NCBI GenBank assembly: GCA_902511005.1
Contig: CABXDN010000005.1
Span: forward strand, 9,707-73,706
Origin: an uncultured Candidatus Poseidoniales archaeon
GTDB taxonomy: Archaea > Thermoplasmatota > Poseidoniia > Poseidoniales > Thalassarchaeaceae
Reading direction: 5' to 3'
Length of the DNA stretch: 64,000 nt
Numbering within the stretch: position 1 is the first letter of the stretch; every line of letters starts with the position of its first letter. Below, one piece after another: positions 45,089-53,421 of this stretch. The notes beneath the pieces were generated by a model. That model saw only the letters and a list, made by a program, of their open reading frames with translations. It was not told the DNA's origin and did no database searches. Both the position numbers and the translations under genes were made by a program.

Positions 45089-45289
45089 ATGCGTGTCCAG
45101 ATTAAGCATCATGATGAGATTTTAATTTTTAAATCAGAAGTGCCTGTGGCTATATCTTTAATTCTGAGAGAATTAGAAATACCTTCCTCGACAGTTCTTG
45201 CTGTTTACAATGATACGATCGTACCTCATTCCTCAATAATTAGTGAAGACTTAGAAATTGAATTAGTAGTAGTTTCATCTGGTGGATAA
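45089..45289 (+). CDS. ThiS/MoaD/SAMP-type ubiquitin-like beta-grasp protein ending in Gly-Gly
   Basis: 66 aa from ATG 45089: MRVQIKHHDEILIFKSEVPVAISLILRELEIPSSTVLAVYNDTIVPHSSIISEDLEIELVVVSSGG-stop. The C-terminal GG and ThiS-like spacing are clear. Confidence 0.7.
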   Translation: MRVQIKHHDEILIFKSEVPVAISLILRELEIPSSTVLAVYNDTIVPHSSIISEDLEIELVVVSSGG

Positions 45290-46004
45290 ATCATAATTTA
45301 ATTTTTGATTTTCTTCAATAATCAGCATATCTTGATTTTTCCGGATTATTACCGCTTTATTCCCTAGTAATTCTATCCCTGTATCATCACATCTTAGGAA
45401 AGAACCTTCATATAATCCAATTACTGGTTTTTCATTATATTGATGATACTCATCTATTCTCCTTTTTCTAGATTCGCCGAAATGTTCGTTTAAGGTGCCA
45501 TCTTCTTCATCCTTCCACCAAATCCCTCCAGGGTAATAATGAGGATTTATTTGGAACTTTATGATGCCAAAAGTTTCGAAGGAAGGTACTAATTCAATTG
45601 GCATATCGTTTGTTGTTTGCATAGTAGGGCAAGCAACATTGGAGCCAGCACTAACTCCTGCATATGGGATATTATCCTCTGTAACTCTCTTCCGAATTGA
45701 TTCTATTAAGCCTTCTTCATGTAGCTTTCTAACTAATGTGAATGTGTTCCCCCCCCCCTACATAAATCCCTTCCATTTCTCTGATTTCTTGCATTGGATT
45801 ATCCGATTCATGAATTCCTATAATTTCATATTTTGATTCTTTGAACATTTCTCTGACTTTATTTGTATATTCATCATAATCTTTACTTGCATATGGAATG
45901 AAAAGAATTTTTTGGCAGCCTCTAAAATTTTCATTCATAAGTTGTAAATACATACTTTTTCTCTCAGGAGTTCTTACCCCCCCACTTCCTAAAAGTAACT
46001 TCAT
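45275..46004 (-). pseudogene. pepE: dipeptidase E (peptidase S51) interrupted by a +1 frameshift in a G10 (plus-strand C10) homopolymer
   Basis: ORFs 45729-46004 (MKLLLGSGG...ILFIPYAS...IYVGGG) and 45275-45622 (..TTNDMPIELVPSF..FQINPHY) are the N- and C-terminal parts of PepE. Removing one G from the run at 45749-45758 restores VGGGNTFTLVRKLHEEGLIESIRKRVTEDNIPYAGVSAGSNVACPTMQTTNDMPI. Confidence 0.85.
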
Positions 46005-46013
46005 TTGATTCCC

Positions 46014-46775
46014 TCAGGCATAAAAGTTTGAGTCATTTTGATTTTCACCTGTTTCAAGTATCTCATTAATTGATCCTGAAACTTCCATAGTTGCTAATAA
46101 TTTTTCAGCAGTTTTTTCTGTAGTATCCAAATCTAATTTCAGCGGTAAATCCAATCCTTCTTCTATCCAAGAAGCCAGTCTGTCTGCGGCTAGAACATCA
46201 GCACTAGCACCTATTGTGTCGGCAACAAGTCCTATTGCAGGAACATTATGCAGTGGTGAAAGTGAGATTAAAAGTCCTGCTATACCAATCATTCCTGATG
46301 ATGGTTGTTCACTAGTAACTGTAATGTCATTTTTTTCGAGTGACTTTCTAATTTTAGCATCTGCACAAATGACATGAATATTCCTATCTTCTGCACCCGC
46401 TGCCAATCCTGCTAGAACTAACAATTGAGGAGTTTCATATTTTTTTGCCAATTCGAGTATACTATCTGATACTTCGAACTGTCCATTCGCCGTCATTGGT
46501 TGTAAATCACCTCCTATCGTGATTATAGTCTTACCATCTGGTAGTATGACTGAATTAATATCTAATCTTGGAGGGGACATTAATCCTTCTTTAGATAAAG
46601 TTGCATGAGGTGGGAAATCAGGATGTAAAATCCACCCTATGGTTCTGGATGGATGTTTCTCAACTAATGCGTCAACAACTAACTTTCCAACATTTCCTAC
46701 GCCAGGTACTGCTTCTAATATTGCAGAATGCTCTGGCAAACCATTACCAACGATCCAATGGAATCTAGTCTTCAT
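46014..46775 (-). CDS. PAC2-family (proteasome assembly chaperone-like, COG1938) protein
   Basis: ILEAVPGVGNVGKLVVDALVEK is the typical PAC2 N-terminal glycine-rich block. It sits in the conserved archaeal gene neighbourhood with nop10 and aIF2-alpha. Confidence 0.68.
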   Translation of the reverse strand: MKTRFHWIVGNGLPEHSAILEAVPGVGNVGKLVVDALVEKHPSRTIGWILHPDFPPHATLSKEGLMSPPRLDINSVILPDGKTIITIGGDLQPMTANGQFEVSDSILELAKKYETPQLLVLAGLAAGAEDRNIHVICADAKIRKSLEKNDITVTSEQPSSGMIGIAGLLISLSPLHNVPAIGLVADTIGASADVLAADRLASWIEEGLDLPLKLDLDTTEKTAEKLLATMEVSGSINEILETGENQNDSNFYA

Positions 46776-47059
46776 TCTTCTTCCCCCTCGATTACTTTCC
46801 GAGGGGTTGGAAGAGAATCAATCCATTCGTCGCTTCCTGCATCGACTCTCTTTCTTCGTCTTGTTCCTTGTGGATCTTCTGGAGAATATTTTAGTGGAGC
46901 AACAGTCTCCATTTTTCCACCACAATGCTTGCAGATATCTCCGAGACCATACTCCTCACAGTCTTTACAACGCTGTAATTTTGTACGTACCATGTGACCC
47001 CTCAGATTGTTGTGATGTTTGAGGGTGTATGAATTAATATGTTCGAAAACCCTAATCAT
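46772..47059 (-). CDS. nop10: H/ACA RNP protein Nop10 (with N- and C-terminal extensions if the ATGA-coupled start is used)
   Basis: Core LQRCKDCEEYGLGDICKHCGGKMETVAPLKYSPEDPQGTRRRKR is a zinc ribbon plus the P-x-(K/R)-(F/Y)-S-P-E-D motif. The conserved core begins near the internal Met at 46993. Confidence 0.8.
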   Translation of the reverse strand: MIRVFEHINSYTLKHHNNLRGHMVRTKLQRCKDCEEYGLGDICKHCGGKMETVAPLKYSPEDPQGTRRRKRVDAGSDEWIDSLPTPRKVIEGEEE

Positions 47060-47862
47060 AGTCTTTCTATAGTGATTGACCCCTCAACCGACTTGATTTT
47101 TTTCATTGCAATTTTCTTCGCTTCTTCCCAAGCAGATTCAGCTAATGAATAATCGGGTGCCCTAATATCTATCCGATAATGAGGCGCGCCATCGTAATGA
47201 CAAGTTAATGTGACTTCTTCTTCATTCTCAACTACTGATTCTGCCGCTGCTAAAGTGTCTCTAATCGCATTAACTCCTTCAGAACCCCAAACTTCAATAT
47301 CATAAACCCCTCTAATTTCTACAAAAGGTGGGACAATATTTTCAACAGCGAGTTCGGTTACTGTTTTCATCCAGTCCCCTGAGAATCCAGCATCGGCGAG
47401 GGCGGTTTCTGTAATTGCACATTCCTCTAATGCTCCATAAAGTGAACCGAATTGTTCAATCATTTCTTCAGAAATAGCTTCAGTCTTTTCAGCATCCCAA
47501 TTAGCTCTTTCTGCTGCTACGCGCATGATTTGACTCGCGCGTTGTTGATTTTTCCACGTTTGTAGAGTATCCTTTTTTCTTTCTGCTGAAACTGCTTTGA
47601 TAGATAGATCGACTCTTTGCCTATCTTTCTTAACATTAACGACCTTAGCTACTACTCTTTGTCCCTCTCTTAGATGTGCCCGGATATTTTTTACCCATCC
47701 AGAAGCAACTTCTCCAATGAATACGAAACCTTCTCTCTCTCCGTATCCATTTAGATTTAGATAGGCACCATTTTCCTTAACACCCTTGACTGTACAAACA
47801 AGAAGTTCTCCTTCTTCAGGCCATGGTTCATTGGCATCACTCATTGTTTCTGTCCCCTTCAT
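47056..47862 (-). CDS. translation initiation factor aIF2 alpha subunit
   Basis: N-terminal S1/OB domain EGELLVCTVKGVKENGAYLNLNGYG..EGFVFIGEVASGWVKNIRAHLREGQRVVAKVVNV, then helical and alpha-beta domains. Length is typical at 268 aa. Confidence 0.9.
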   Translation of the reverse strand: MKGTETMSDANEPWPEEGELLVCTVKGVKENGAYLNLNGYGEREGFVFIGEVASGWVKNIRAHLREGQRVVAKVVNVKKDRQRVDLSIKAVSAERKKDTLQTWKNQQRASQIMRVAAERANWDAEKTEAISEEMIEQFGSLYGALEECAITETALADAGFSGDWMKTVTELAVENIVPPFVEIRGVYDIEVWGSEGVNAIRDTLAAAESVVENEEEVTLTCHYDGAPHYRIDIRAPDYSLAESAWEEAKKIAMKKIKSVEGSITIERL

Positions 47863-48032
47863 TCGAGGACGTCTACAACTGTGCTTCCAGAGAGGTCTGC
47901 TTTCCCACCCGCTGGACGTGCTAAAGTAGCACCGCAGATAGAACAGGAGATAGTGGTTGACGCCCTGTCAAAAAGAATGGTCTCATTTCCGCAGTCAGTA
48001 CAGCTAACACGTAGGAATTTTCCACTCATCAT
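47859..48032 (-). CDS. rps27e: ribosomal protein S27e (eS27); 57 aa, absent from the ORF track because it is under 60 aa
   Basis: Hand translation of the minus strand gives MMSGKFLRVSCTDCGNETILFDRASTTISCSICGATLARPAGGKADLSGSTVVDVLE. This is a C-x2-C...C-x2-C zinc ribbon with the S27e pattern. Its TGA overlaps the aIF2-alpha ATG (ATGA). Confidence 0.85.
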   Translation of the reverse strand: MMSGKFLRVSCTDCGNETILFDRASTTISCSICGATLARPAGGKADLSGSTVVDVLE

Positions 48033-48042
48033 TATCCCTCAA

Positions 48043-48324
48043 TCATTTATCAATTAATTCGAATTTCTTCGCACGCTTTCCTGCAGGAGAGTGACCTTTG
48101 CCAGTCTCTGTGCATCTGAAAACTAGATTTACACGTTTTGTTGGTTTTTCTCCTGATGGTTTAGGACGAGGAAAACCTCTGTAACCAGAAGTGACTTTAC
48201 GGAATCTTCTTTGACCCCATTTTAATTCACTAGCGCGCCTTTTCTTCACTCGCTCAACTGTATGTTCTGTGTGCTTACCTGCAGAAGGACTGTAACGCAT
48301 TACTTTACGCGGCATCTTAACCAT
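48043..48324 (-). CDS. rpl44e: ribosomal protein L44e (eL42)
   Basis: MVKMPRKVMRYSPSAGKHTEHTVERVKK...GEKPTKRVNLVFRCTETGKGH...KKFEL. The preferred ATG at 48324 has AAGGTG 6 nt upstream; the track start at 48333 is the GTG inside that Shine-Dalgarno-like element. Confidence 0.88.
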   Translation of the reverse strand: MVKMPRKVMRYSPSAGKHTEHTVERVKKRRASELKWGQRRFRKVTSGYRGFPRPKPSGEKPTKRVNLVFRCTETGKGHSPAGKRAKKFELIDK

Positions 48325-48468
48325 CTTTAGCACCTTAGCGTCTTACGACGAAGCGGGCGACTGACGACCCGTATATGAACTCTGTCGCGTAATCTCCGAG
48401 CCAGTAATTGCAGATTTAGTGATTTAACTTAAAAAAGATAGATGAAGTAGTAGTACTGGGGAATCGTC

Positions 48469-49017
48469 GTGATTGTTGACTTAATGCTGTTTTGGTTGGG
48501 TTTTTTCCTCATGCTAGTCGGTGTATCATGGGCAAGAATGGGTCCCTCTTTTCAAAGAAATAGATACTATAAGCCGATTTTCATTATAGGGCTTTTATGT
48601 GTAATTGGTAATTTATGGCAATCCCAAGATCAGTCAAGGAACATAGAAGAGTTGCTAAATCATATTGTTGACTTTTTACCATGGTTCTTCACTGGGTTCT
48701 TGGGTTACTATCTAGTTTTATTGGGGGCTCCAACTTACATGAAAGTTAGATACCCTCCTCTAATTATAGGTTGGATAATTATCTTTGTATCCTTCTATCT
48801 ATATTTTGAATATAACAATCATTTGTCGGTTACAGATATTTTAGTTTCTCTATCAACGATTCTTGGGATTTCTTTTTCTTTGATTTCTTTCTTCTTCCTT
48901 GTTAGATTTGTAGAAAATCGAATACCTCTTGAAGGTATAGCTCCTGAATTAACGGATAGCGAAAAAGAATTTGTGAGAAAAATTATTTCCAAGAACATAG
49001 GAGTTGATGAGAAATGA
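48469..49017 (+). CDS. hypothetical polytopic membrane protein
   Basis: About 5 hydrophobic helices and no recognisable motif. GTG start. Confidence 0.45.
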   Translation: MIVDLMLFWLGFFLMLVGVSWARMGPSFQRNRYYKPIFIIGLLCVIGNLWQSQDQSRNIEELLNHIVDFLPWFFTGFLGYYLVLLGAPTYMKVRYPPLIIGWIIIFVSFYLYFEYNNHLSVTDILVSLSTILGISFSLISFFFLVRFVENRIPLEGIAPELTDSEKEFVRKIISKNIGVDEK

Positions 49018-49373
49018 ATGACATCTTAGTACAAGTTTTAATTTCTATAATTGGCGGATTCATACTCTCGAATATTACATTAATAATTTTTCAAGTAGTC
49101 TCTTATCACCCCTACAGTAAACCAATAGTCCCAATATTTTTCCAATCGATTTCTGTTTTTCTTGGTCTTGTGATTCTTATCCTAATAGATGGGTACGAAA
49201 TCTCATTATCTTCTCAATGGGTTTCGGAACTTGAATCCTCATTGATTTTAGGGATTACAGATATTATGAGAATTCTCCCTCTTTTCTACGTTTTAATGCT
49301 ATATTTCCTTTTCAGAGCATCTACAAGGGCCCCTCTCGAATCACCTATTTTAGAACTTTTAGATTCAGAATAG
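49014..49373 (+). CDS. hypothetical membrane protein, translationally coupled to the upstream gene
   Basis: 3-4 hydrophobic helices. ATGA overlap with the stop of 48469-49017. Confidence 0.45.
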   Translation: MNDILVQVLISIIGGFILSNITLIIFQVVSYHPYSKPIVPIFFQSISVFLGLVILILIDGYEISLSSQWVSELESSLILGITDIMRILPLFYVLMLYFLFRASTRAPLESPILELLDSE

Positions 49374-49452
49374 GTGCTTAGTTCACAACTCCTCTGAAGG
49401 GTAACTCTCATAACAAGTCGGTAAGTCGCCGCGCTATCCAATAGGTGTTATC

Positions 49453-49635
49453 ATGTCCAAAGGCACTCCAAGCATGGGTAAAAGACAAAAGTCAACTCAC
49501 ATTCGTTGTAGACGTTGCGGCCGTCATTCTTACCATAAGCAAAAGTCAGTATGTGCATCTTGTGGATATGGTGAGACTTCACGTATGCGTAAGTATCAAT
49601 GGAGTAAGAGAAATCGCTCCATGGGCAGCAAATAA
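49453..49635 (+). CDS. rpl37e: ribosomal protein L37e (eL37)
   Basis: [40 protein letters not shown]... is the canonical L37e zinc ribbon. Confidence 0.92.
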   Translation: MSKGTPSMGKRQKSTHIRCRRCGRHSYHKQKSVCASCGYGETSRMRKYQWSKRNRSMGSK

Positions 49636-49693
49636 TCAAGTACCATATTAGCAAAGTGCTAAGACCCTTATGACTGAGCGAGGTTTGTTCTAC

Positions 49694-51196
49694 ATGTGTG
49701 GTATCATTGGTATTGTTGGCAGTCCTGAATACTCAGTTGCTTCAGATATATACGATGGATTACTAGTTCTTCAACACCGCGGCCAAGACGCGGCAGGTAT
49801 CGTTACTTTCGATGAACATAATATGTATCACAGAAGAGCTAATGGATACGTTCGTGATATATTCAAACAAAGACATATGAAATCTCTCAAAGGATCAGTA
49901 GGAATTGGACATGTTAGATATCCTACAGCAGGTAGTTCTTCAGTAGCAGAAGCTCAACCATTCTACACAAACACTCCATTTGGAGTCAGTTTAGCGCATA
50001 ATGGCAATCTAAATAATACAGAAGACATACTAGAAAGTTTACTTGAATATGATCATAGAAGAATAAATACAAGTTCTGATTCAGAGGCTCTACTGAATTT
50101 ATTCGCTGCTGAGATCCAACGTTCACTAAATGGTCGCCCCGGTGGCATAGGTATGCTGAATGCTGAAGATATATTCCGCGCGATAGAAAGAACGCACATG
50201 AGGGCTGAAGGTAGTTATAGCGTAGTTTCATGCATAACTGGTTGGGGAATAGTTGCTTTTAGAGACCCGAATGGCATCAGACCATTATGCATGGGCACTA
50301 GAGAAGTAGATGGATTCACAGAGTACGTATTTGCTTCCGAAAGCGCTGCATTGATGGCCTTAGGATTCGAACTAGAAAGAGATGTTGAACCTGGCGAAGC
50401 GGTTATTGTACGAAGAGACGGTAGTTTTTCATCCAGGCAGTGCCACCCTGAGCCACAACATCGTCCATGTATATTTGAACACGTATATTTTGCTCGCCCT
50501 GATTCTGTTATTGATGGAGTATCAGTTCATGCGGCACGTCTTAGAATGGGTTCTTCTCTGGCACGCCGAATTATGGAACTAGAACCTAATCACGAAATAG
50601 ATGCTGTAATCCCTGTTCCAGACAGTGGTTGTATCGCAGCGCTTGAGTTAGCAAGAGAGTTAGGTGTTCCTTACCGTGAAGGTTTTGTGAAAAATAGATA
50701 TATTGGTCGTACTTTTATCATGCCAGGCCAGTCAGTTAGAAAAGATTCAGTGAGGAAAAAATTGAATACAATTGAGAGTGAATTCACTGGAAAAACAGTG
50801 CTTATTGTTGATGATAGTATCGTTAGAGGTAATACTTCTAAGAGAATTGTTGAGATGGCTAGGAAAGCGGGTGCTACAAAGGTGTTCTTTGCGTCCGCTG
50901 CCCCTCCAATAATTCATCCTAATGTCTATGGAATTGATATGCCTGCTAAGAATGAATACGTAGCACATAATCGTTCTAATTCTGAAATTTGTGAGGCAAT
51001 TGGTGCTGACTGGATGATTTATCAAGATTTAGGTGATTTAGTCGAAGCATGCCTAGGTGCCGGCGATAATAATATTGCTACATTTGACTGTTCTTGTTTT
51101 GATGGAATTTATGTCACCGGTGGCGTCACTGATGAATATCTCAATAGAATTGAAAAGTCGCGAAATGATAATGCGAAGAAATCTGTATCTGTTTAA
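49694..51196 (+). CDS. purF: amidophosphoribosyltransferase
   Basis: MCGIIGIVG has the N-terminal nucleophile Cys directly after Met, so ATG 49694 is preferred over 49670. Also LQHRGQDAAGI, the PRPP loop VLIVDDSIVRGNTS, and the C-terminal Cys motif region CSCFDGIY. Confidence 0.92.
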   Translation: MCGIIGIVGSPEYSVASDIYDGLLVLQHRGQDAAGIVTFDEHNMYHRRANGYVRDIFKQRHMKSLKGSVGIGHVRYPTAGSSSVAEAQPFYTNTPFGVSLAHNGNLNNTEDILESLLEYDHRRINTSSDSEALLNLFAAEIQRSLNGRPGGIGMLNAEDIFRAIERTHMRAEGSYSVVSCITGWGIVAFRDPNGIRPLCMGTREVDGFTEYVFASESAALMALGFELERDVEPGEAVIVRRDGSFSSRQCHPEPQHRPCIFEHVYFARPDSVIDGVSVHAARLRMGSSLARRIMELEPNHEIDAVIPVPDSGCIAALELARELGVPYREGFVKNRYIGRTFIMPGQSVRKDSVRKKLNTIESEFTGKTVLIVDDSIVRGNTSKRIVEMARKAGATKVFFASAAPPIIHPNVYGIDMPAKNEYVAHNRSNSEICEAIGADWMIYQDLGDLVEACLGAGDNNIATFDCSCFDGIYVTGGVTDEYLNRIEKSRNDNAKKSVSV

Positions 51197-51227
51197 CACA
51201 TTTACCAGTTAGGATGAAAGAGTATCG

Positions 51228-52739
51228 TTGCTTAGTACACTTATGCACTCTACTATTGATGTCATCAAAAGTGTCAATATTAGTGGAATACCTACTGCTA
51301 CTTGCAATACCTCTGATGGTTGTATAGCAGTTGGTGACGGAAATGGTCATGTGTCAATTTTCAATATTGATGGAGAGTTGACTGACTCATATTCTGTTGA
51401 AGGGAAAGTCACTGGTTTGGTCTTTATACAGAAAAATCTAATTGTAGGGTCTAGTCTTTCTGGGATATCAATTTTCTCGGATTCTTCAAAACTTCATATT
51501 CCTAACTCAGGTTGTGAGATAATTGTAGTTTCAGGTGTGAATTTCCTAGTTTCTGACGGTTCTGATTCTCTATATTGTTTCAATCCTATTGGGGAACTAC
51601 AATGGGAAAAAAAAATAGGACATATCACTCATATCTCAAGTTCATTGGATGGTTATTCAGCTATCGCTTTAGAAAATGGCAGTATCATAATATTAGATCA
51701 AAGTGGGAATATATTACATGACTCACCAGCACCAGTGGATGATATTGAAACAGTCTCTTGCATGGCTTTCCGTCGAGATAATATTTTAGTCATTGCTCGA
51801 AATTCTCTTGGTTTAGTTATAGATAATAGACCCGAAAATCGTATTGAATGTTGGAATATGAAAAAAGGTTTAATCCATACCTGTGAGGTAGAAAGTCTTG
51901 TCAATTCAATTTGTAGTACTACGGAAGGTGTTATTCTAGGATGTTTTAATGGGGAGTTATTAGCTCTTAAGATAGGATCCATTATTCAAGAATCATTAGC
52001 GAAATTTGATTATCCTGTGACAAAGATATTCTCATGGGAAGGTGATTTTCTGATTGCTTCGTGGTTTGATGTTTCTCGAGTTAGTTTCGAAGAAGGGATT
52101 ATGTGGAGTTTGGAGCATAAAGGTATAGTCGAGCATATTGTAAGTATAGGTGATTCTAAAGTAGCCATACTAGGAGATGATAAGAAATATAGTGAATCTA
52201 ATCCAATATACTTCATAGACCCTAATTCTGAAACTAAATCTACCGACTTTTCCTTTGAAGAAGAATTTATCAATAGCCGGACTGATTCAGATGAATTTTC
52301 AGGAGCTCTTTCAGAAGACGAAGAAGAAGCATCGTCCAGAAGGCCAGAGTTACCTACAAACACCTCTGAAATTTTTGAGGCATTGGATGAAGAGTTAGAG
52401 ATTATAATAGATGACCCAATAATTGAGATAGATTTACTCGAAGATTTATCAAAATCGGCTAAATCACTAAATCTTCCACCAATTGTCGATGTTGGTGAAG
52501 ACAAAACAATAGTTTCAGAATCTGATGGTACTGCAATAGTTTTACTCGATGGAAGTAAATCTTATGATCCTGATGGTTTTATTAAAAATTGGTCATGGGT
52601 AAATGAGAATGAGATGGTAATTTCCGAATCTTCTAAAGTCAAAGTTAAATTATCTAAGGGAGTACATGTTTTTTACCTAACGGTTTTCGATGATAAAGGC
52701 GCATCATCTAGAGCAACTCTTACAATTCAAGTTACTTAA
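51228..52739 (+). CDS. hypothetical protein: repeated beta-propeller-like N-terminal region, acidic linker, C-terminal PKD-like Ig domain
   Basis: Reiterated ...VGDGNGHVSIFNIDGEL... and ...LENGSIIILDQSGNIL... blades. An E/D-rich linker follows. PKD-like VDVGEDKTIVSESDGTAIVLLDGSKSYDPDGFIKNWSWV...VFDDKGASSRATLTIQV. Confidence 0.5.
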   Translation: MLSTLMHSTIDVIKSVNISGIPTATCNTSDGCIAVGDGNGHVSIFNIDGELTDSYSVEGKVTGLVFIQKNLIVGSSLSGISIFSDSSKLHIPNSGCEIIVVSGVNFLVSDGSDSLYCFNPIGELQWEKKIGHITHISSSLDGYSAIALENGSIIILDQSGNILHDSPAPVDDIETVSCMAFRRDNILVIARNSLGLVIDNRPENRIECWNMKKGLIHTCEVESLVNSICSTTEGVILGCFNGELLALKIGSIIQESLAKFDYPVTKIFSWEGDFLIASWFDVSRVSFEEGIMWSLEHKGIVEHIVSIGDSKVAILGDDKKYSESNPIYFIDPNSETKSTDFSFEEEFINSRTDSDEFSGALSEDEEEASSRRPELPTNTSEIFEALDEELEIIIDDPIIEIDLLEDLSKSAKSLNLPPIVDVGEDKTIVSESDGTAIVLLDGSKSYDPDGFIKNWSWVNENEMVISESSKVKVKLSKGVHVFYLTVFDDKGASSRATLTIQVT

Positions 52740-53377
52740 TCGGTTTCAACGATCTCAACTTTACTCGTATACCAAACTACTCTTGCATTATTTTCCCATA
52801 TATCTTCATCTGACATTCCGTCTAAGAGTATCGTACTTCCGACTGAAAGAAAAGCAGGGTCTACTGTTGTATTAGTTCCCCAAGGATACTCATCATTATC
52901 CTCAGCAAAGATATCCCAATCGTTAGTTATAGTTTCATGATTTATGACTTCATGTTCAAACATGCGATATTCAAAAGAAACAGATCTCAATGCATAATCA
53001 GCCACCTGAAATACACAATTATGTGAGGGGCGCGTGAAAGTCGTATTTTCAATAATTGTCATATTAAGGATACAAACTTGACCATTTAGCATCCCTTCGC
53101 TATCTCCATTATCATTGTAACCAAGAACTAATGTTACATTTGTATCCTCATTTAATTCCTCGTGAATAACTTCAACTAACGTAAATCTCAATCCTGCATC
53201 TCCATTAGGATCTAAATCGGAATTATCAGGTATGCCATCATTATCTGTATCGGAGAGTCCTGTTTGATAATTATCAAAAACAATATCTGCAGTTGCATAC
53301 CCGATTAATATTCCAACAAATATTGCTGATAGAATAGCGATTCTTACATTTCTATCTTCGAACATATTGTTACTCAT
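52736..53377 (-). CDS. hypothetical N-terminally anchored extracytoplasmic protein with one Asp-rich Ca-binding-type motif
   Basis: TM IAILSAIFVGILIGYA, then SDTDNDGIPDNSDLDPNGD. Confidence 0.45.
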   Translation of the reverse strand: MSNNMFEDRNVRIAILSAIFVGILIGYATADIVFDNYQTGLSDTDNDGIPDNSDLDPNGDAGLRFTLVEVIHEELNEDTNVTLVLGYNDNGDSEGMLNGQVCILNMTIIENTTFTRPSHNCVFQVADYALRSVSFEYRMFEHEVINHETITNDWDIFAEDNDEYPWGTNTTVDPAFLSVGSTILLDGMSDEDIWENNARVVWYTSKVEIVETD

Positions 53378-53421
53378 AATTAAACCGAAAGGTCACCATA
53401 ATTTCAACGCATTGCATCTAA

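Noticed and set aside
42357-45289. Possibility that tRNA-Ser marks an integrated element or defence island (Cas4-like nuclease, AIM24-like gene, radical SAM nearby)
   Set aside because: I could find no integrase, recombinase, transposase, direct repeat of the tRNA 3' end or compositional shift by eye. The flanking genes are ordinary core-type genes.
45561-45836. Plus-strand 91-aa ORF spanning the pepE frameshift region
   Set aside because: It is antisense to sequence that, after a 1-nt correction, encodes the conserved middle of PepE. It exists only because the sense frame is broken.
46639-47022. Plus-strand ORFs 46639-47022 and 46728-46997 antisense to PAC2 and Nop10
   Set aside because: They are nested antisense to two genes with clear family motifs and ATGA coupling.
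49445-49654. ORFs 49445-49651 (+) and 49451-49654 (-) overlapping L37e
   Set aside because: The 49453-49635 frame gives a canonical L37e zinc-ribbon sequence. The other two frames have no recognisable features.
51607-51615. A9 homopolymer inside gene 51228-52739 as a possible frameshift site
   Set aside because: The reading frame is intact through the run (QWEKKIGH), so there is no evidence of disruption.
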